Positions 53,531 through 64,000 of a DNA stretch of 64,000 nt are shown piece by piece. Where the stretch lies: assembly GCA_012295275.1 (NCBI GenBank), contig CM022669.1:11222001-11286000 (forward strand), read 5' to 3'. A program made the position numbers and the translations under genes. The stretch comes from Chrysomallon squamiferum. Taxonomy: Eukaryota; Animalia; Mollusca. The notes under the pieces are model-generated. The model was not told the DNA's origin. It made no database searches and was given only the letters and a program-made list of their open reading frames with translations. The first letter of the stretch is position 1. Each line of letters begins with the position of its first letter.

Positions 53531-55254
53531 GGAGCCTAGTTACTCAATTCCCATAATTACATGACATTCAGACAATGGTGTTGAAGTGATTTACACAAAA
53601 CTGTCCAAACTCAACAAACTTCATTTCACATTGGCTACACAAGCTGTCAGAGATGGGCAGAATGAGTACCATGATTAGACTGTGCAGAAACACACACAGG
53701 AGATGTCCACAAACTGTCTGCCGCCCTTTTCAAAGCAGAAACATCCTCACATGGTTTGAAGAATGCAGACAAATTCCAAAGTTGTGTGTGTGTGTGTTGT
53801 TTTTTTTCTTCTAACAAACGTGTTTGTTCAAAGTCATTAGCAGGGCCATATTGATCATGGGATTGCAAGAAGGGTGGGAAAATATCTCATTGTTGTCCAT
53901 CTTGAGTGAGATTTTGTTGTCTTTTTTTTTTTTTTTTTTTTTCTATTTCTGAGAAATCGTGGCTTGATTTTTTTATGATTCTGACATGTGGATGTCTGTC
54001 TGCGAGGAGAGGATCTGCAGAGTCTGTAATCATATTTACTGAAAATATTTCACAAATGGGTGTTGAAACTAATATTGAGGCAGATTGTGTGAAGTGGTCT
54101 GAGAGAAAGATGATTAAATCTCAGTTTATTTCTCATTCTGTGATTCTATTCTTGTCTTCTTGTTAATACTCAGCTGCAGATCTACGAGATAATGAAGAGG
54201 GGTGCAACCCATAGTAACCTCAATATGGTTTCTACTGTTTTATTTATTTTTATTTCACTTGTTTTAAATAGTTTGTTCTTAAATGTAAAGAGAAACTTTT
54301 TCTTCATTATAATATATATATATATACACACACACACAAACACACTCAAATATACACATACTTACACATATACACTCAGAGAAAGAGATGCTACACAAGT
54401 CAACTTGAAATTTTATCATAAAGAAATTGGGTTATTACATACCACATATAACTGTTTTTCATTTCTGTTTTATTATATTTCTTACTTCAAACAGATACTT
54501 CCTATATATTTTAATTACACTAATTGTATTAACTGAGATTTATGTGAAGGATTTTCATATAGTAATTATTATGACAAACATTATCAGAGTTTTTACAAAT
54601 GTACACATGCATAATAAATTTACTCAGAAATCTATTTTAACTGAACAGTTCATGATTACTCTGACTTTGAGATGCAAACTGATGACCACATGGCCAGTGG
54701 GAGAGCCACACATTTAAATACAAATGCATATCTGTGGATTAAGTTGCAATTAACGAAGTTAACCATGGTGCTGCTGCTAATGAAAGATGTGCATGTCAAG
54801 GTCTGTGTTGTGATTTGATTTTCTCTCATTGCTTTCTTCCCTCTGTTCATCTTCAGGAGAGGATTTCTGATTACTTAGTAATATATTCATAGAATGGTGT
54901 TTGTTCAGAAGAAAATGCAGAATAATATGCACACATGAAATCTGATTTTATTGGAAAAAGATTCCGATAGTCGTTGATTGAGTTTTGAATTAATTTTCTA
55001 CACTTGTTTGCAGTTGGAAATGACTGAAATAGAAACTTGTAGCTATGTCAGACACATTAATAAATTAGAGAAAAAAACAAGAAAAAAAAAAAAGTAAAAA
55101 CAAAAGAAATAATGATCATAGATATATATAGTTGTGTCGTGGTAAAAACATTAAAATGAAGATTTTAAGTTCTCACATTATATCCTACTATCTTCACATT
55201 ATCAGAGATATTTTGGTTTTAAATTTATATATATATATATATATGAGAACAGTT

Positions 55255-55390
55255 TTGGTCAGATTTACTTCATACGTAGTAAAAAATGTCAAGACTTGAG
55301 TTCAGTATGGGACACATTCACTTTACATAAAGTACAAAACGTCAAGACACGAGTTCAGCATTGGACAAATTCACTTTACATAAAGTACTT
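55255..55390. repeat. Short tandem duplication, ~2.5 copies of ~53 bp
   Basis: GTCAAGAC..GAGTTCAG...GGACA.ATTCACTTTACATAAAGTAC occurs twice. Confidence 0.8.
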
Positions 55391-56299
55391 AATTTAAGAT
55401 GACAGCATGCAGGTCTCTGCTTGTGTCTTTTCTTTCTTCTCGCCTAATTGGCAAATGGCAGCTCTAACACACCTTGCAGGCTGAATGACAATCCATTCTG
55501 ATGACGTTGCTCAGAGTTGGCCCGAAGCCTTCTCAGTCAGGTTCTTGTATAAGTACACTCATTATCCCCAACCCTCCCCCCCATGTCTCCTTCAATTTGT
55601 CTGTCCTTGGCCCAACACTTTCTCCTCCTAATTGCTTCTTTTGTAAAACTGATGTGAGAGTCTCAGTGCATTAGTTGTGAAAGCTGGTAAATTAACCCGT
55701 GTCATTTGTTTAAATTAACTCTTTACAAACACACGGTAATCGTTGATTTTGCAATTTCTTAAAGCACTTTTTGTTTTAATATGCTTCTTCTCAAAGAATA
55801 ATCAACTCACTGTTTAATGTTCTAGGATTCCAGAAGAAAAATAAAATAAAGAAAACAAATTATGCACATAATAAAAAAAAAGATAATAAATTTTCATGTA
55901 TTCAAATGGACATCTTTGGATTTTTTTTTAATATTTTCTGTCATAAAATTTCTAAGAGTTAATCATTTAGTTTTGTCTTCAAAATATTTATTTTTCTTTT
56001 TCTCTGAATATCTAGCTCTGCATTTGCTGGGGTTTTTTTTCTCTTTCTATGCCTCTCTCCATCTAACTAATCTAATCTTTTAGTAGATTCATCTAAATAT
56101 CTAAACTGTATTTTATTTATTTATTTATTTATTTATTTATATACACTATTTTTTATCTCCAGAAATAAAAACCATAACCAATACATAGAAAAGAAAACTA
56201 TCCAAACAGTATAAAAGATTGGCACAATCCAGTTTAATACATTTTTTTAATATAATTTTTCTAAGAAATTTCCAACATACTTTTAGACTTTATTGAAAA

Positions 56300-56400
56300 A
56301 CAACAGTGTTATCATGTACACTAGGTGAGTCTTTCATAAAAATATCTCTTTCCGTCCACAAAAAGGAATTGATCCTATGACCTACCACACCTTACGCAGG
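56300..56400 (-). mobile_element. SINE head fragment
   Basis: GTCCACAAAAAGGAATTGATCCTATGACCTACCACACC resembles the reverse-complement B-box region of the other copies. Confidence 0.45.
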
Positions 56401-56964
56401 GATGATCATCGAATGAATCATCGAAACTCTAAGTGAAACTTGGACACTTCACTGCTCACAGGTAATTATTCACATTTCAGCCTTCCTACAAATTATGGCT
56501 AATCAAGATTCATGTTTCCTCTATTGATACGACTCTGTGTAATTATTTCAGAGTCAAGAAGCTGATGAGTAAGTGTGGTGCCTGCTTCATTTTCCACATG
56601 ATCTGATAGTGGTAATTATTTTGTCAGATGCTCACATTTCATATGAACATGCAGGAGAAAGCCTGGAGATGCTGCATATTAAAATGATTTTCTCTCCAGG
56701 GCTTGGAGAAAATATGCTTAAAAGTGCTCAAGTCAGTAAAACACAATTATCCTGTTATTGTTAGCAGTCTTTTGTCTTTATCGTGTGTTTTTATTATTGA
56801 TGATTTTATTGTCTCAGACATCTTTAAAAATTTAAATATAGCAGATAAATATTAATTAAGTATATGGATTTGTTAATTTAATGATGTTGATTTATTGATA
56901 ATCAGCAGGATTTAAGGTTACTTGTAAACGGTATTATTATAATTTAAAATAAATAATTGTCATT

Positions 56965-57290
56965 AGTAAGATAAAATATTATCATGAATAGTTTGTATAT
57001 AGTAAATTTTTTTTAATTGTAATTCAAAACATTTATGATTGTTATTATCAATCTGTTTTCCTGTTGTTTACCTATACATCAAAATTTTCTATATCACATT
57101 TCTTATTATTGCATTAAAAGTTGTTCAGATAAATATTAATACTTGCAACTGGTAAAATATTATCACTGATAGCTTGTATATGTAAACATTATTTCTGAAG
57201 CTCTAAATATTTACAATCATCAATTATTATCAGAGTATATGGCTCTCTTTTACCCATACGTCAAAATTATCTACATTACATCTTTCATAA
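56965..57290. repeat. Diverged tandem duplication with ~180-bp period
   Basis: TAAAATATTATCA...ATAG.TTGTATAT and TTTACC.ATAC.TCAAAATT.TCTA each occur twice. Confidence 0.7.
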
Positions 57291-58426
57291 CAGATGAAAT
57301 AGTTGGTGTGAGATACAAACGATATTACCTACTTATTTACAGATAATATAAAATGATTATGCCAGCTTCTGTTGTTTCTAACAAAATAGTTTGATCTTGT
57401 TTAATACAGATGTGTTTATTTTGTTTGGTATTAAAATAATGTGTAATATACAATTTTTTTCATTGATATGAAATTCTTTTTTTTTTTAATCAGAATATTA
57501 TCTTTAATATAAACATTTACAGAGAGAATGCAAGAAACAGAATGTGTTCTTTATGTGAAAATTAAAATTCATATTAAATTTTACTGACTAACTGGATGTG
57601 TTGATTGTTTGTGTTTCTTATGTTTCTTTTAATTTTTTGATATTTTTATTTTTTTTTTTTTTAATTATTATTATTATTATTATTTTTTTTTTTTTTAAGG
57701 GAATCTTTTTGATACTAGTTTTTACATTTTTTGTCATTATTTTTGTTATTATATTATTATTATTATTACAATTATTATTGTTGATGTTTTTGTTATTCTT
57801 GTTATTATTATTTTTAATTGCTTTTTATTTTTTTTTTTTTTTTTATTATTATTATTGTTATTACTCAACTGTTAATATCATGATGATCATCAACATCATC
57901 GAAATCCTCCTCATCATCATCATCATCATCAACATTATTTCTTAAAACAATTAGAACATTTTTAAATTCATTTCTAGCCATTCTGTAGAAGAATGTGCCA
58001 GTCAAACTGTTCCCACTGTCTGAAGTAACCTTGCACGCAGTCTGACTTTTTTGTTGAATTATCTTTCATAACGATGCATGTGTTTATTCACAGTCTGATT
58101 TCTCACAGTTATTAGAAGAAAACCAGTGTTTGTTTGACTTGTTTCAATCAATATCTTCTCACCCAATATTAATTTTGTTTAAACCTTGTTTAAACTTTAA
58201 ACACTGACTCACAAGAATAATGTAATTTTTCTTCTTCTTTGTCGTCTTCTTCTTCTTCTTATTATTCAGTTTCTGAGAAATGTTGGTCTGTCATACAGAT
58301 ATTTTTTTTTAAGTTTGATTCTAAAGTAGCAAATAAAATGAATGAACTGGTTGGAGAAAAAAAGATGGTGATGGTTTAATATAAATTGTTTTAATTTTTT
58401 TAATTCATTAATTAATTTATTAAAGA

Positions 58427-58493
<67 letters not shown>

Positions 58494-58509
58494 TTTATTA
58501 CTATTATTA

Positions 58510-58542
<33 letters not shown>

Positions 58543-58557
58543 TATATTATGATATTA

Positions 58558-58630
<73 letters not shown>
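58427..58630. repeat. Long (TAT)n microsatellite
   Basis: Direct. Confidence 0.95.
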
Positions 58631-59366
58631 TTAATTTTTTAAAACTATGATTTTTTTATATATAATTTTTATCATTATTTTAATATTCTATCCCCCCAAC
58701 CCTTTCTTTTTCTTCCATATTTGATAATGTATCGGTGGTTTTCCAGATAATAAGTTTCATTTCATCAATGAACAAAACAAAGATTATGAACATCTTTTGG
58801 TATTTTATTTGACAATATTTTATAAATAATAATACCTTAGTCGTATATAGTTTTATACAAAAAAACATGCATTAGTGAATTTTCTACTATAGTTTCTGTA
58901 TTAACTATGGAAATACCTATCATTTTCATGTTCAGTAGGTTAGTAAATTAGGCCAGCGAGAGAATAAAGGGGTCACTCACAGTGTATGACCTTAAACACC
59001 TAATTTAATTAGTTCTCAACTAGTGGTCTCAGCCACATAGGAAATCACACAGTGACACTGACCTAGTGACGCAGGAAGGTCAACTAGTTTAGATTAGAAT
59101 CTGCTAGAAAATCGTCCAGAGGCAGTTCAGTGTGGATCACTGGTCTTACAAGGTCAGTCCTTCTCTTTGCAGAGGAATCCACAAGAATACATAGACAACA
59201 GGGACAGTTCTTCATTGTGCTTCTTCCAAAGAAATGTTCAATCTGAAGCCTTGGGTGATAATGAAACATGATACGCTGTCTTGTACATAGTGCCAGTCTG
59301 AAGTCAAGGTGTATCCACTGAGTTACTTCAAAGAAAAGTTAAATCTAAGGAGATGATATACTAATG

Positions 59367-59376
59367 CATACATACA

Positions 59377-59408
<32 letters not shown>

Positions 59409-59440
59409 CATACATACATACAGACAGACAGACACATACA

Positions 59441-59474
<34 letters not shown>

Positions 59475-59585
59475 CATACATACATACATACATACATACA
59501 TACATACATACATACATACATACATACAGACATACAGACATACATATATGCATGCATATACACAGACACACACACACATATATAT
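59367..59585. repeat. (TACA)n microsatellite
   Basis: Direct; source of the MYVC/HTYI ORFs. Confidence 0.95.
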
Positions 59586-59664
59586 AAATAAGGTAGCTAA
59601 ATAACTTTGGAGCCCATTGTAACATTGGAAATCATTAATCTTGCTCTTTTGTTCTTTCATTCCC

Positions 59665-59665
<1 letters not shown>

Positions 59666-59730
<65 letters not shown>

Positions 59731-59812
59731 AGATAGATAGATAGACAGATAGACAGATAGATAGATAGACAGATAGATAGATAGATAGATAATAGATATA
59801 TAGATATAGATA
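59666..59812. repeat. Compound (CT)n-(ATCT)n-(AGAT)n microsatellite
   Basis: Direct. Confidence 0.9.
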
Positions 59813-60254
59813 TTGGTAAACTGAATTAATAAGAAATCAAGGCTAATTGGTTAGAGTATTGACTAGACAAAATTAAAATAAAAGCTATGTTACTCAGGAG
59901 TAGACAGTAAGATAAAAAACAACAACACACAAGCACATTGTCACATACCTGTAGATTTTAGTCTACTTTGTTTCTTATCAACTTACACTTTAGTAATTCT
60001 CTACAAACCTGAACAAATAAGGAGACAAGGTTAACTGGTTTAGACTGGAATCTGAGGAAAGACAAGTTTCCATTTACTCTGTTAGTGGATTACTTGCCTA
60101 AGAGATGATGGGTTTTTGGCCATATTCTCCAAAAAAAGAAAAAGCAGAACATTATTGGAGCCTACAGTCATATATTAAAACATATACTAACTATGGAACT
60201 AGCAAATAAGCTAGTTAAGCAGTTTATGTTATGTATTAATGAAAAAGAAACTGA

Positions 60255-60375
60255 CAACACGTTTGCCTGTGAGGCGATAGTTTCTAGGATCAACTCACAT
60301 TGATGCCCTGTTTAGATTATTTAATATTCCAGCTGATGCTTGTTTCTGGATTATCAAAACACTTTTGTGTCTGTT
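60255..60375 (+). mobile_element. Decayed SINE 5' part
   Basis: CACGTTTGCCTGTGAGGCGATAGTTTCTAGGATCAACTC...ATTCCAGC...CTGGATTATCAAA resembles the head and body of the family. Confidence 0.4.
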
Positions 60376-60394
60376 TCTTTCTTTCTTTCTTTTT

Positions 60395-60426
<32 letters not shown>

Positions 60427-61299
60427 TTAGTTAGTTAGTTATCTATTATGTTTATTTATTTAGTTAGTTAGTTATTATATTTATTTGTTTAGTTATTTTA
60501 TTTAGTCATGTATTTTACTATCTATTTATTTTTTTGACTATTTATTTATTTAATTATTTTATTTATATGTTTATTTCATTGTCTGTTTTCTTCTTATTAA
60601 ATGTTTGCTTTTGGCCTTAACTTTAATGGCTAGTCACAGATTATCAGCATGAAGCTTATCACCATGTTTAATATTCCTCTTTGATTTGATTAACAATCAC
60701 CCTCATTTTCTCACTTATCTATCTCTTTATAAAATCCCCTTCTCCTTCTTTCCAGATACCTTCTACACATCTACCATCACCACCTTTATCATGTACACAA
60801 CATAAACAATTTAATTTGATATATTTACACCAATTTGTCTTCCAGAAACAATTATTAACTTTCACACCACCAAATATCCTGAATGTCTTCATAACCAGAA
60901 ATGTGAAACTTTGACAATGGACGGCAATGGATTCAGACTTGTTTGTATGGATTTTTCTTTTTTTCCCCCAGTCATTGGGGAAGCCCCCTTGTTGATGTAT
61001 GGCCAACCTTTTCAGAGAGATGAAGACGTGATACCATCAGAACAATTCAGGCTCATCAAACAGTGGCCATGTTTTATGATCATGGTGACTTCGGCATGGT
61101 GGAAGGGTCAAACAGGTGATTAGTATTCTTCAGGACAAGACGGAAAGAATGGTAGAAGTCTCTCACCATCCACTGCATCACTATTTCAATTAATATGTAA
61201 ACAAACAGATTCATTCCTTTGAGGAATTATTTTTTGTGACAGTTATTATAAATATTATAATATTACGTTACGAAAATTATTATGATAATTGTAAAAGAT

Positions 61300-62240
61300 G
61301 CATTCTTCTGGGTAAAATTCTGGTTGTTGCCATTCTGATCAAATCTTAGATTTTTGTTTTTTGTATTTTTTTGTTTAATGAAAGAGAAATCCAAGACTGA
61401 CTTGTTTTTCTGAAATGATAGGTCAGTAACTATAATGAGGTGTATATGATCTTCTGGGAAAAATACCAGTTCTAGACATTCTGATAAAATCTCGGATTGT
61501 TTTTCCTTGTTTAATGAAGCAGATAGCCAAGCATGATTTGTTTAATTGTTCAGTTACGTTTAGTGTTATCAGAACATCCTGAAATGATGTTAATAACTGA
61601 AATGAGATTTACAATTTTTCTTTTTGAAAAAACAACAACCAACAACACTTCTAGACATTCAGGAAAATCTTGTTTAACTCATAGACAGCATAAGTGAAAT
61701 GTTTATTTTGTTCAGTTAGTTTCAGAATTCATGTTAATAACATTAAAGAGATTTATGATTTTCTAGGAATATGCCTAGACATTCTGATAAAATCTTTGGA
61801 TTTTTTCCCATATTTAATGAAACAGAATGATTTTTTAAAATTTATTTTAGATGCTATCAGGACTTTCCAAAATCATGTTAATAACATTGATGATATTTAT
61901 GATTTTTCTTGGAAAATTGCAGTTCTTGACATTCTGATGAAATCTTAGAAGTTTTTTTTTTCCTTATTTAATGAAACAGATTCTCAAAATGTCTTTTTTT
62001 ATCTGTTCAGTTATTTTCAATATTATCAGAAATCATATTAATAGCTTTAATGAGGTGTATAATATTTCTAAAAAAAAAAAAAAAATTAAAACATACTTCT
62101 TGACATTCTGATAAAATCTTAGATGTTTTTGGTCAATGAAACAGAAAGTCTGGAATGACTTGCTACATCAGAAATGAAAAGTTAAAAAACAGTGACTTGT
62201 TTATCTGTTACATTTATTACTGTCAGAACATCCTGGAATC
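61300..62240. repeat. Diverged satellite-like tandem repeat with ~130-180-bp period, ~6 copies
   Basis: GACATTCTGATAAAATCTT...TTAATGAAACAGA recurs at ~61330, 61475, 61655, 61778, 61928 and 62102. Confidence 0.85.
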
Positions 62241-62614
62241 TAGGCCAGCAATTGCTTGCTTGTCAGATAGATACAAATCCATGAATGAACGTGATGAATG
62301 ATATCATGTAATTTGGTTTCCTGTAGGTTTTTTTTCTTCTTCCTAAGCTCATACAGATGATCTTGGACAGTGAGTTGGTCAAATTCCAACTTCCTGCTGC
62401 CCAGAATTCTTCATTCTGACATTTCCATCGATATACGGAGATTCTGACATATTGATGCATTCCAAGACTCTGATCCATTTTCAGTCATAAACTTCATCAA
62501 ACCTGAATTGGAAAAACTGCAGTACTGAAAGTATCAGTTTTTGTTTTAAATATGTCATGTCAGTGTTTAGATTATTCTTTTATTAAGAAAATTGTATTTA
62601 TTTTGTTAAGTTTT

Positions 62615-62857
<243 letters not shown>

Positions 62858-62958
62858 CAGAGTTCCCATTTACTATGCATGCATACAGAGAGAGCAAGAT
62901 AAAGCAAGAGAAAAAGAAAGAAAAATTGATTTTATTTAATAAAGTGTCAAACAGTTAA

Positions 62959-63128
62959 AAATTAGTGAATATAACTGAAAGAAAGAAAAGAATGTTTTCA
63001 AATTAGTGAATATAACTGAAAGAAAGAAAAGAATGTTTTCAAATTAGTGAATATAACTGAAAGAAAGAAAAGAATGTTTTCAAATTAGTGAATATAACTG
63101 AAAGAAAGAAAAGAATGTTTTCAAATTA
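62959..63128. repeat. 41-bp perfect tandem repeat, 4 copies (AAATTAGTGAATATAACTGAAAGAAAGAAAAGAATGTTTTC)
   Basis: Direct; ATTAGTG at 62961, 63002, 63043 and 63084, with identical copies. Confidence 0.95.
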
Positions 63129-63351
63129 AGACTCTCTTCCCTCTATCTGGGAGACTTCATGTCTTTTCTTACTTAGGCAGCTGTATATTTGTAGATATAT
63201 TTAGTATTCAGATAGTATATTTTAAAACTCCAAAAACTAGCAAATATTTTCTATATAATAATTAATAACAATGTTTATTTTTTTATTTTTTTGAAAAAAT
63301 TACGAAAATTTCAAAATCTTTACAAGACTTCATTGAAGGATTTTCATTTTA

Positions 63352-63382
<31 letters not shown>

Positions 63383-64000
63383 AACCTGATAGAATTGAAT
63401 TTTTACTTTGCACAGTCAGTCAGCTCAGAAAGAGTTTAATTTTCCCTTTCTTGAGCTGGTCTTTAAGTCAAATCTCTTGTATACATCGGCACACATTTAC
63501 TTGAACACCGGACATCAATACACGGATCTCGCACAACACACATCCTTTGATTGCCCTCCGTTACTTTATCTCATTCCAATTTCACCGTCCCGTCAATAAC
63601 CATTTGCAATTTGTCTCTTTTTCACACACAGACAATGTCCACCGTCTTTAACGAAGGGAAAATGCGAATCTGTTCCTTAATTGTTATGGACAAGCAGTTT
63701 AGAATTTATAAATGGCCAAGTCTGGACAATGATGAGGCTTCCCTGTGTTCTTTTTAATGACTTTTGTTTTGTTTAACTGTCTAATGGGTCGTGGGATCAG
63801 TTCTCTTGGGCATGCACACAGAGTTATTTTTCCATTCCAGACAGTCTTCCATGAATCATTCATCAAATGCTATAGTATATGTGTGTGTGTGTGTGTGTGT
63901 TTCTGTTTATGAGAAGGTACTCATAAAATATTCCTTTCTGCTAACTTGAAAAAGAATTAGCTCTTACAACATTTTCAAAGTATTACTGTTGTCATTGTCT

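Noticed and set aside
62263-62502. Complex minus-strand segment after acceptor TTCCAATTCAG|
   Set aside because: No frame stays open from the acceptor to a convincing donor, and the peptides are unrecognised.

Overview
AT-rich, CpG-depleted, microsatellite- and minisatellite-dense eukaryotic DNA, almost entirely intronic or intergenic. About a dozen decayed copies of one tRNA-headed SINE occur here. Their core resembles the Meta/MESC SINE domain as I recall it from gastropod and bivalve genomes, so a mollusc or other lophotrochozoan host is likely (inference). Nearly all ORFs in the supplied track are artefacts of simple repeats. The best gene evidence is the 5' end of a long-intron gene on the minus strand. 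CpG-retaining, promoter-like islands lie at ~38.6-39.4 kb, ~32.8-33.3 kb and ~8.0-8.3 kb. A candidate first coding exon (31926-31836) encodes a signal-peptide-like sequence and has a perfect AAG|GTAAGT donor, and a second exon candidate lies at 7880-7800. The gene cannot be named, and any further exons would lie left of the window. The most unusual structure is a pair of inverted arms (15528-15933 and 22008-22237), each made of a unique outer segment plus an inward-pointing 29-bp tandem array, enclosing ~6 kb. This looks foldback-like or dsRNA-forming. I found no rRNA, intact tRNA, CRISPR array, transposase or prokaryotic features, and I cannot claim a proven new biological system.
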